In this document: positions 51,601 through 61,133 of the stretch, piece after piece
How positions within the stretch are numbered: the first letter of the stretch is position 1
Layout: each line of letters begins with the position of its first letter
NCBI RefSeq assembly: GCF_001194135.2
Contig: NC_068983.1
Span: forward strand, 36,419,545-36,480,677
Direction: 5' to 3'
Length of the DNA stretch: 61,133 bases
Origin: Octopus bimaculoides
Taxonomy: Eukaryota
Program-made: the position numbers and the translations under genes
The notes under the pieces: model-generated
What the model saw: only the letters and a program-made list of their open reading frames with translations
The model's database searches: none
Told to the model about the DNA's origin: nothing

Positions 51601-51809
51601 CACTGTAATATATAAAATCTCATTTGTTTCCAATTTTCTATGAAAAAAAATGTCCAGCTGGTCATAGGAAATGTGCCTCAATGAATTCCAGCTGACCCTT
51701 ACAAAACATGGAAGAGGGAATGTTAAAAAATTCATGATGATGAGAAGGATTAACGATGCAAAAGGATTAACTCAAGTCCCAAAGATTGGAAGGTTAGTTA
51801 TACTTTGAA

Positions 51810-52600
51810 GAATAATCATCATTCAACATCCATTTTCCAGCCTGTCATGGGTTGGACAGCTTGAAAGGAGCTGGTAGGGACAGGATCCACACTAGACTCC
51901 ATTTGTCTGTTTTGGTATGTTTTCTATGGCTGGATGCCCCTCCTAACACCAACTACTTTACAGAGTGCACAAGGTATGTTTTACGTGGCACCATTACTAG
52001 TGCTTTTTACATGATACCTTCACTAGTGATTTTCATGTGGCACAAGCATCAGTGCTTTTTATGTGGTACCAGCACCAGTACTTTGTATGTGGCACCAGCC
52101 CCATTGCTTTTTATGTGGTACCAGCACCGGTGCTTTTTACATGATACCTTCACTAGTGTTTTTCATGTGACACAAGCACCAGTGCTTTTCATGTGGTACC
52201 AGCACCAGTGCTTTTTATGTGGTACCAGTACCAGTGCTTTTTATGTGGTACCAGTACCAGTGTTTTTTATGTGGTACCAACACCAGTGCTTTTTATGTGA
52301 TACCAGTACCAGTGTTTTTTATGTGGTACCAGCACCATTGCTTTTTATGTGGTACCAGCACCATTGCTTTTTATGTGGTACCAGCACCATTGCTTTTTAT
52401 GTGGTACCAGCACCAGTGCTTTTTACATGATACCATCACTAGTGCTTTTCACATATCACCATCACTAGTGCTTTTCATGTGGCACAAGCACCAGTGCTTT
52501 TCATGTGGTACCAGCACCAGTGCTTTTAATGTGGTACCAACACCAGTGCTTTTTCTGCAGAACAAGCCCCAGTGCTTGTTCTCTTATGTAGCACCAGCAC
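51810..52600 (-). mobile_element. RTE 3' UTR copy containing an expanded 26-bp array
   Basis: Tail module at 51810-51975 is followed by tandem ATGTGGTACCAGCACCAGTGCTTTTT variants. Confidence 0.75.
51975..52600. repeat. 26-bp minisatellite, roughly 20-23 units
   Basis: Unit ATGTGGTACCAGCACCATTGCTTTTT is directly visible, for example at 52321-52398. Confidence 0.92.
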
Positions 52601-53280
52601 TTTTTACTATTGTATTCTGAAAATCCCTTGGTCAAGCTTCATGCAAGCTATATTTCTCAGATGGTCTAGTATGCATCAACAGAGATGCTCCTGGTCTTGT
52701 AGGAAGTGTGAGTGTGTGTGAGTATGGGGTCTTTCAACACTTGTTGATCCCCCTCCGCAAAAAAAAAATTGAGGGAGGGTGTACCAATTACATTGATCCC
52801 AATGCTCTATTGTTATTATTTTATCGACTCCAAAAGGACGAAAAGTAAAGCCGACCTCAGTGTAATTTGAACTCAAGACAAATGAAATATTGCTAAGCAT
52901 TTTGTCCAGCATGCTAATGATTCTGCCAGCTTGTTGCCTTAATGTAATTATCAATAATGACAGCAACTTACGTAACATAATTATCAATAATCAACAACAG
53001 TCATTATATAACATAATTATTAATTGTTAAGAATGGCTGTTATAATCACATAATAATCACATGATGATGATGATGATGGTCACTCCCGTTGATTTCAAGG
53101 TATGAGTGTTTGAAGAAAAGAATTAACAACAAAAGAAGCATCATCCATTGGCAATGGATGTGAGAATGTAATTTGAGTCCAGGAATGGATTGAGTCACAA
53201 TGGGGATAATGATGGTTTTGATTTTGTCTGAGATGGGACAAATGTGTCTGTTGATTGCAAGATATAATTCTTTTATAATG

Positions 53281-53323
<43 letters not shown>

Positions 53324-53324
<1 letters not shown>

Positions 53325-53643
53325 CGGGCTGATTACTACCTAGCTCAGATACCAGGAAACCCCAAAATGGCTGAAGTTCAAATGATAGTGCTCATGGGAA
53401 CTGCCCATATCCTACGTAAAATACTGTCTATGTGATCTCAAATTTTAAAACAAACACATAATTTTCTTATGGTTTCTTAAACATTCTCTAGAACAACACT
53501 ATGTACAAGTCCAAATATATGGTACCCTAGGCATAACACCTACATAATTTCTAACTTGTTGTCTCTTGAGGTCTCTGGGTGAGACTTGGATCCAACTTGT
53601 ACAAATGCAAAGTAAAAGTCAAACATAAAATAATAATAATAAT
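53324..53643 (+). mobile_element. 5'-truncated R4/Dong-like element in (TAA)n
   Basis: IPGNPKMAEVQMIVLMGTAHILRKILSM* (RLE-element C-terminus), then a 3' UTR, with (TAA)n on both sides. Confidence 0.82.
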
Positions 53644-53644
53644 C

Positions 53645-54155
53645 TTTTCTACTATAAGCACAAGACCTGAAAATTTTTGGGGCGGGGACTAGTTGATTAC
53701 ATCGACCCCAGTGTTTCACTGGTACTTAATTTAGCAAACCCAAAGGGATGAAAGACAAAGTCGACCTTCGCAGAATTTGAACTCAGAACGTAGTGATGGG
53801 TGAAATATCACTAAGCATTTTGTCCAGCATGCTAACGACTGCCAGTTTGCCGCCTTAATAATAACAATAATAACAATAATAACAATAATAACAATAATAA
53901 CAATAATAACAATAATAACAATAATAACAATAATAATCATCCTTTCTATTGGAAGCACAAGGCCTCAAATTTTGGGGAAGAGATTAAGTTGATTACATTG
54001 ACCCTAGTGTGCAACTGGTACTTAATTTATCAATCCCAAAAGGATGAAAGGCAAAGTCGACCTCGGCAGAATTTGAACTTAGAATGGAGTGACAAGCAAA
54101 ATACCATTAAGCATATTGTCCAGCATACTGACGACTCCGCCAGTTTGCCGCCTTA
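53645..54155 (-). mobile_element. Two tandem SINE family B copies separated by (TAA/CAA)n
   Basis: Reverse complements of the units at 4425-5290. Confidence 0.82.
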
Positions 54156-54884
54156 ACAATAACAACAACAACGATGATAATGATGATGATGGTGGTGGTG
54201 GTGGTGGTGGTCACTCCTGTTGATTTCAACATATGAGTGTTTGAAAGAAAGGATTGAAAATAAAAAAATAAAACATAAATGGATAAAAATAAAAGAAGCT
54301 GCATCTATTTGCGATGGATGCGTGAATGTAATTTGAGTCCAGGAATGGACTCAAGTAACAATAATAATAAAAGGCTCTGATCACATTGGGAAATCTCTTG
54401 AATCAACACAGAAGATTATTCATAAATAATATTTGGTAGAGGGGAGGTGGCAAATTGGCAGAATTGTTAGGACGCTAAGTGAAATGCTTAGCGTCATTTT
54501 GTCTGTCTTTATGTTCTGAGTTCAAATTCCACTGGGGTCAATTTTGTCTTTCATCCTTTTGGGATTGATAAAATAAGGATGAGTTGAGCAGTGGGGTTGA
54601 TGTAAGTGACTTATCTGCTCCCTCGAAATTGCTGGCCTTGTGCCAAAATTTTGAAATCAATATTTGGTAGAGGGATATTGTATGGAAGCCCTCTGCTAGT
54701 GTGTGCAAGTGTGTATGCATGAATATGACAGACTTCCATGCAATTTTTGTACCAAATTTATGTGTGTGTCTGTGTATGCTTGTGTATGTATGTGTGTGTT
54801 ATGCATTGATCAGACAGTGGTCATGCTCGTTTATGGCTTTGAGCTCAGTGGCTCATTGTGTGAAAACTAATGGAATAAGTAGGC

Positions 54885-55272
54885 ACAGGCATGTGGTAAG
54901 AAGCTTGTTTCCCAACCACATGGTTCCAGGTTCAGTCCTGCTGTGACACCTTGGGCAAGTTGTCTTCTACTATAGCCTCAGGCTGACCAAAACCTTGTGA
55001 GTGGATTAGGTAGATGGAAACTGAAACAAGCCTGGTGTTTGTATTATATATTTATGTGAGCATCTTTGTGTCTATGTTTGTCCCCCCATCCACCATTTGA
55101 TAACTGGTATTGGTATGCTTATGTCCCTGTAACTTAGTGGTTTGACAAAAGAGACTGATAGAATAAGTACTGGACTTAAAAAAAAAGCACCGGGGTTGAT
55201 TCATTTGACTAAAAGTTCAAGGCGGTGCCCTGCCATGGCCACAGTCTAATAGCTGAAACAAGTAAAAGATAA
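54885..55272 (+). mobile_element. SINE family A copy, near full length
   Basis: Head, body and 3' half align to 43566-43966. Confidence 0.8.
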
Positions 55273-55609
55273 AGTATCTTACATGAAAGCAATGGCCCAG
55301 GAAGGGCATCGGAAACCCTGCTTTAAAAAATCTTATCCAACTCATGCCACAATGGAAAAAAAGATGTAAAAGTGATGACAATGCCAATGATGGTAATCAT
55401 AATCATTTTAACTTCCACTTTTCCATGCTTGCAAGGTTTAGATGGAGTTTATTGAGGCAGATTTTCTACTGCTAGATGCTCATCCTGTTGCCAATCCCAA
55501 GAAGTTTCCAAGAAAGATGATCCATGACCAGAAATGTTTTCACAGAATATTGTATGGTAGTGTCACTCATTTATAACTATCACATAATGTCAAGACAACG
55601 TAGCATGCG

Positions 55610-55830
55610 ACAGGCTGGCAGAGTCATTAGCATTCTGGACAAAATGCTTAGCAGTATTTCGCTCATTGCTACATTCTGAGTTCAGATTCTGCCAAGGTCG
55701 ACTTTGCCTTTCATCCTTTCAGGGTTGATAAATTAAGTACCAGTGAAACACTGGGGTCGATGTAATCGCCTAATCCCTGCCCACAAAATTTTCAGGCCTT
55801 GTGCCTATAGTAAAAAAAAGGATTATTATT
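55610..55830 (+). mobile_element. SINE family B copy with an (ATT)n tail
   Basis: Same consensus. Further copies lie at about 7193-7440, 8237-8400, 8645-8845, 25900-26095, 52770-52945 and 54445-54660. Confidence 0.8.
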
Positions 55831-56241
55831 ATTATTATTATTATTACTATTAATATAAAAGAATTATATCTTGTAATCAACAGGCACATTTGTTCAATCT
55901 CAGGCAAAATCAAAAGCATCATTGTCCACACTGTGACTCAATCCATTCCTGAACTCAAAAATCAAATTCATGCATCCATTGCAAATGGATGATGCTTCTT
56001 TTATTGTTAATACTTTTCTTCAAACACTCATACTTTGACATCATGCAATAGACAAACCACACACATACACAGTCAAAAGGTGAGAGCTAGAGATGCTCAA
56101 TATGGAAAATATGTAGAAGTGTTCAAATGATTTGAACTCTAAAATCTTTATCAAGAAATAAAAGCCACAAGAGTGGCTGTAAGAGAAATCTAGGTGAGCT
56201 CACTTAGGTTTCTCATATAGTTGGACGCATATACATACATA

Positions 56242-57623
56242 CAGGGTGGGGCATAAATACTGTTACAAAAGTTCAAAATTATTTTTCATAATAATATTCA
56301 AAGAATTCTAATGATTTATTTGAGTTAAATGATAGTTTATTATATGTTTTCTTGTATTTCAGAAACTAAATATTAAAATTTTGTTGCAATGTCTGTTGAA
56401 TGGAAGAGAAAATTCATCATAGAACAACATGAGAAGGGCATGCGTCCACCTGAAATATTCAAGTTAGGGAAAAACCTCAAAATTAACAGAATGTTGATAA
56501 AAAGGACGATTGATCGTTACCAGGAAACTTCTTCGATCAATGATAGACAAAGATCAAGCCGTCCCCGCACCTCCAGAACACCTAAACTCATCAAAAATGT
56601 TAGGGAAAANNNNNNNNNNNNNNNNNNNNNNNNNNNNNNNNNNNNNNNNNNNNNNNNNNNNNNNNNNNNNNNNNNNNNNNNNNNNNNNNNNNNNNNNNNN
56701 NNNNNNNNNNNNNNNNNNNNNNNNNNNNNNNNNNNNNNNNNNNNNNNNNNNNNNNNNNNNNNNNNNNNNNNNNNNNNNNNNNNNNNNNNNNNNNNNNNNN
56801 NNNNNNNNNNNNNNNNNNNNNNNNNNNNNNNNNNNNNNNNNNNNNNNNNNNNNNNNNNNNNNNNNNNNNNNNNNNNNNNNNNNNNNNNNNNNNNNNNNNN
56901 NNNNNNNNNNNNNNNNNNNNNNNNNNNNNNNNNNNNNNNNNNNNNNNNNNNNNNNNNNNNNNNNNNNNNNNNNNNNNNNNNNNNNNNNNNNNNNNNNNNN
57001 NNNNNNNNNNNNNNNNNNNNNNNNNNNNNNNNNNNNNNNNNNNNNNNNNNNNNNNNNNNNNNNNNNNNNNNNNNNNNNNNNNNNNNNNNNNNNNNNNNNN
57101 NNNNNNNNNNNNNNNNNNNNNNNNNNNNNNNNNNNNNNNNNNNNNNNNNNNNNNNNNNNNNNNNNNNNNNNNNNNNNNNNNNNNNNNNNNNNNNNNNNNN
57201 NNNNNNNNNNNNNNNNNNNNNNNNNNNNNNNNNNNNNNNNNNNNNNNNNNNNNNNNNNNNNNNNNNNNNNNNNNNNNNNNNNNNNNNNNNNNNNNNNNNN
57301 NTAATGCTCTTGATTATTCTTTGTGGTCAGTTCTGGAGAATGAAGCCTGCTCTACTCCTTGCCAAAATATTGAAGCGCTAAAGAAAAAATTGACCAAGTG
57401 CTGGGATAAAATACCCTTAGATGTTGTGCGTGCTGCTATAGATGACTTCCCAAAAAGACTTCATAGTGTTGTGAAGGCACGAGGTAAACATTTTGAATAA
57501 AAGTTACACCATATTGTTCCTTGGGCATTTGCAAAGCATATTTTGTAATAGTGGGTTGTTAAATAAATTTTTGTCGGGATAAATCTGTGTTTTATTTTGT
57601 AACAGTATTTATGCCCCACCCTG
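56242..57623 (+). mobile_element. Tc1/mariner element of maT (DD37D, Bmmar1-like) type; middle lost in an N gap
   Basis: Perfect 29-bp TIRs CAGGGTGGGGCATAAATACTGTTACAAAA (56242-56270 and 57595-57623) with TA on both sides, enclosing transposase N- and C-termini. Confidence 0.92.
56389..57500 (+). CDS. maT-type transposase, interrupted by the gap at 56610-57301
   Basis: N-terminus MSVEWKRKFIIEQHEKGMRPPEIFK...DRQRSSRPRTSRT (HTH region) and C-terminus LDYSLWSVLENEACS...RAAIDDFPKRLHSVVKARGKHFE* resemble Bmmar1 as recalled. The catalytic triad lies in the gap, so DD37D spacing is not directly visible. Confidence 0.8.
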
Positions 57624-57823
57624 TATATAATGGGCTTTAATAGAAGATACTTGCCCAAGATGCCACACAGTGGGTCTGAAGCGAAAATTTTAGAGATGAA
57701 AAATATAAATAAAGCATTTTTTGTTTCTAAAAACTAATAATCATATAGAAAACTTTGTAATTTCTAACATGGATTACATGATGGAAGTCCTCAAGTTTAT
57801 GACAAAGTATATATATATATATA

Positions 57824-58256
57824 CAATGATACTTTGCAGTATGAGTTTAATTTGTTCCATGACCGAGCTCATCTTATGATTTACTCGTTTTACAAATCAA
57901 TTTCTCCCATTGAAATTAACTAAAATATAATTAATCCGTTCCAGCCACACAAAATAATTTTTTTATGGGTTTTAAAACAGAAAAGGTGTAATTACAAGTA
58001 AAATGACAATTAGGATAAAAGAGAATGCAAAAAAAATATGTAAACTGGTTTTATTAGCTGAATTACCTTAAAGATGGGACGATCTGTGTGCTCGTACTGC
58101 AGATTTCTGCTCGTACTGCAGATTTCTGCTCGTACTGCAGATTTCTGCTCGTACTGCAGATTTCTGCTTGTACTTCCAGACAAAAATTTGCATGAGTCTC
58201 TGCTTGTACAGCAAATTACTCATATGATGGGGTACTTGTACTGTGAGGTTCTACTG
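57824..58256. mobile_element. Tigger/pogo-like MITE with degenerate TIRs and an internal 19-bp repeat
   Basis: Ends CAATGATACTTTGCAGTATGAGT versus reverse-complement CAGTAGAACCTCACAGTACAAGT (14/23 identical), with TA flanks. Confidence 0.55.
58088..58180. repeat. 19-bp tandem repeat TGCTCGTACTGCAGATTTC, about 4.5 units
   Basis: Directly visible and near perfect. Confidence 0.95.
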
Positions 58257-58659
58257 TATATGGTTAGAAATGGTGATCAAACCCATTCAACTATGTCAGC
58301 GTTATAAACCTGCTCATAGAGAGTAAACCAGAGTTGCTCAGTAACAAAACTCTCCTTAACTGTATCCAGGAGGTTGGCAGCCATTGATTGATGTTTACTG
58401 ACTTCAAATTCACATTATTCTATTGTATTGTTGATGGATTGTTTTACATGTACAAGTGTGATTGTGAATTTTGTGCACTCATTGCAATGATCAGATTTAA
58501 ACTAGTGGACACTTGCACATCTGCCCTGACAGCAATAAAGAGATTTACAGAATTAATGGATGTGGGCATGCATGAATGCAGGCATGCGCACACATATATA
58601 CAACAATAAACATATACGCACAGCTAATTATAAATATTTAAACAACTGGTGTGTGAGTG

Positions 58660-58712
<53 letters not shown>

Positions 58713-59120
58713 ATGCTTATATGCATGAATACACTAACACAGCATGTGCAAATGAAATTAATTTACACCTTTCTGTAGCTATTCAGTTTATCAAGCAGGC
58801 ACTCTCGCTCTCTCTCTCTCCCCATATATAAATCGCAATCGTGGCAGATACCGGTGTCACGCAAATTGGTTCCCGTAATGGTGGCACGTAAAAGCACCCA
58901 TTAAACTCTTGGAATGGTTGACGCTAGGAAGGGCATCCAGCCATCTCTCAGAGTGGTTGGAGTTAGGAAGGGCATCCAGCCGTAGAAAACTATGCCAAGT
59001 CAGACTAGAGTCTGCTGCAGCCTTCCAGCTTACCAGCTCTGGTCAAACAGCCCAACCCATGCCAGCATGGACAATAGACATTAAATGATGATGACAATAT
59101 ATATATATATATAAATATAC

Positions 59121-59151
<31 letters not shown>

Positions 59152-59269
59152 TACATACACGCACAAAGCGTGTGCACATGTATGCATACAAAATGACTAA
59201 TACTCAGTCCCCTGCTATTCCACAACCCCCTTACACACACACACACACACACACAATCTCATTCATACA

Positions 59270-59582
59270 ACTGACACTGTCAGGTATGAAGACAAGGCTT
59301 CCAGTTGATCTGATCAATGGAACAGCCTGCTTGTGAAATTAACGTGCAAGTGGCTGAGTACTCCACTGACACATGTACCCCTAACATAGAACTCAGGGAG
59401 ATTCAACATGATACCAAGTGTGACAAGGATGGCCCTTTGAAATACAGGTATAACTCATTTTTGCTAGCTGAATTGATGGGAGCAATGTGAAATAAAGCTC
59501 AAGGACATAATATGCTGCTGGGAATTGAACTCATGACCTTACAACTGTGAGCTGAATACCCTAACCACAAAGCCACGTGTCT
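59270..59582 (-). mobile_element. SINE sharing the 3' module of the 30757 copy but with a different central segment
   Basis: 59290-59450 aligns to 30790-30950, while the head-proximal part differs. Confidence 0.7.
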
Positions 59583-60601
59583 TCTCTCATTTACACAAAG
59601 CCACATAAAGAAAGACAAATACACAGACATTTAGTTTCACACAGGGTCATGCTTTCTCCCTCCCCGCTCACACACAATCATGCAGTCACCTTCTCACAGT
59701 CTCCCTCCCTTATTCACCCAATCCCTTTGTACTTTCAAAAACAAAAACAAAAAAAAAAAATATTAATTCTAAAACTAACCAGAGAAAAATGAAATGTTAG
59801 TTTCCATCACTGAAACTAACTGGTCAAATATTTCACCAATATCCCTTCCTTTAAACTTTCAAACTAACAATGCCATACAGTTTGTTCTACTTTGTTCCTA
59901 AACAGCCAGCCACAGATATCTCACGGTTATTAGGAAGTTTTTCTCAATAAAATCCATTGTCAGCTAGGCTTCCAGGGATAAGAGAAGAATGGCGATATTA
60001 TTGTACATACGACCACAACAAATCCTTTAATCTTTAGGTACAAATGACTTTCTGAAAATATTATTGACACAAAGATATTTTGTCTTCTGATTGTAATGCT
60101 CTGTTTTGTTAGTCACTTCATGTGTTGTTCAGGAAGTATTTCAACAATTTACAATACTTTCACCATACCAGCCATATATATTGCAGAGTTGAGATGGTTC
60201 TGTGTCGATGCTCACCAAGCTACTAAACTCTAGTAGTAACAAAGGGCATAAATGCTTGTACTCTACTTTTATATTGCGTACTTCTTTCTTCTTGTTTGCA
60301 TGTGTGTGTGTGTGTGTGTGTGCATATATAAGTACACACACACACACACACTCACACAAATACACACATGCATATGCATACATGTACACACCCACATATT
60401 ATATGTGCACAATGATGATAATGATGAAGATATACACACACACACACATATCATCAACATCACCATCACCACCACTAACACACATTTTCCATGCAAGTGC
60501 GAGTTGGATGGTTTGACCATTGCTGGTAGACTAGAGTGCTGTGCCAAATTCTATTACTTATGGTTTCTACAGCTAGATGCCCTTCCTAATACCAACCACC
60601 T

Positions 60602-60647
<46 letters not shown>

Positions 60648-60885
60648 CTGATATCATGTGATGATTATAAACGAGCATCACTGTCATATAATTGATGTCC
60701 TTTTCCAGGCTTTCATGTAAAATGTGTCTGGCTCTGAGGGAATATTATTTTGCATGGAAACAACGTATATAAAGAAGAACCACAAAGTAGAAAGAGAGAA
60801 AAAAGAGAAAGGGAAAAGAAAAGACAAAGGAGGAAGAGAAAAAAAGAATAAAAGAAAGTAAAAAGAAAAAAGAGGAAAGAGTTAC

Positions 60886-61013
60886 CTCTTAGATAAATTC
60901 GATTGCCTCGTACTCGGTTGGCTAAGCTGTACAATGGTAATGCCGAATTTGAACCTTCAAGGTAAAAATCTATAGAATTTACATCTACATTTAGTCTTGG
61001 TGCCAAAAGGTCT
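60886..61013 (-). CDS. PLEKHG5: Internal coding exon (128 nt, phase 2 to 1) encoding an RBD-like segment of a PLEKHG5-like RhoGEF
   Basis: Acceptor cttcctttctatatttcag and donor AG|GTAACT. Open frame DLLAPRLNVDVNSIDFYLEGSNSALPLYSLANRVRGNRIYLR aligns without gaps, from memory, to the PLEKHG5 RBD segment [29 protein letters not shown]. Exon is well supported; the family assignment is recall and needs a BLAST check. Confidence 0.75.
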
Positions 61014-61079
61014 CTGAAATATAGAAAGGAAGCCTTTCAAACTTTGATCACACACATTTTTATATATATGTATATATAT

Positions 61080-61133
<54 letters not shown>

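Noticed and set aside
51975-52600. CRISPR-like appearance of regularly spaced repeats (also 6452-6812 and 19088-19495)
   Set aside because: Units are contiguous with no unique spacers, there are no cas genes, and the context is eukaryotic.
59990-60060. 41-nt minus-strand exon-like segment (ESHLYLKIKGFVVV) in phase with the RBD exon
   Set aside because: Splice sites are only moderate, similar chance matches occur elsewhere (for example near 48370), and the 47823 exon is a much stronger partner.

Overview
AT-rich eukaryotic DNA, dense in microsatellites and repeats, with several N gaps. The repeat landscape resembles an octopus or other coleoid cephalopod genome (recognised from memory, not from a database search). 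Most of the window is intronic sequence of one large minus-strand gene. Three exons with good splice sites join in frame: 61013-60886, 47823-47762 and 42372-42277. The first encodes a Ras-binding-domain-like segment resembling PLEKHG5-family RhoGEFs. No DH/PH exons were found, so the gene probably continues beyond position 1. The introns contain tRNA-derived SINEs (three with 10-13 bp TSDs), RTE, R4/Dong-like and L1/Tx1 LINE remnants, and a Gypsy 3' fragment. They also hold a Penelope-type fragment with a decayed hammerhead core, a maT-type Tc1/mariner element with perfect TIRs, Tigger-, piggyBac- and hAT-type MITEs, and several minisatellites. Most ORFs in the supplied track are microsatellite or N-gap artefacts. 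I found no clearly new biological system. The best leads are an unidentified coding-like insert nested in a SINE (11555-11985), an R4-like element sitting in (CATA)n rather than (TAA)n, candidate microexons, intronic dsRNA structures and repeated birth of minisatellites from one retroelement family.
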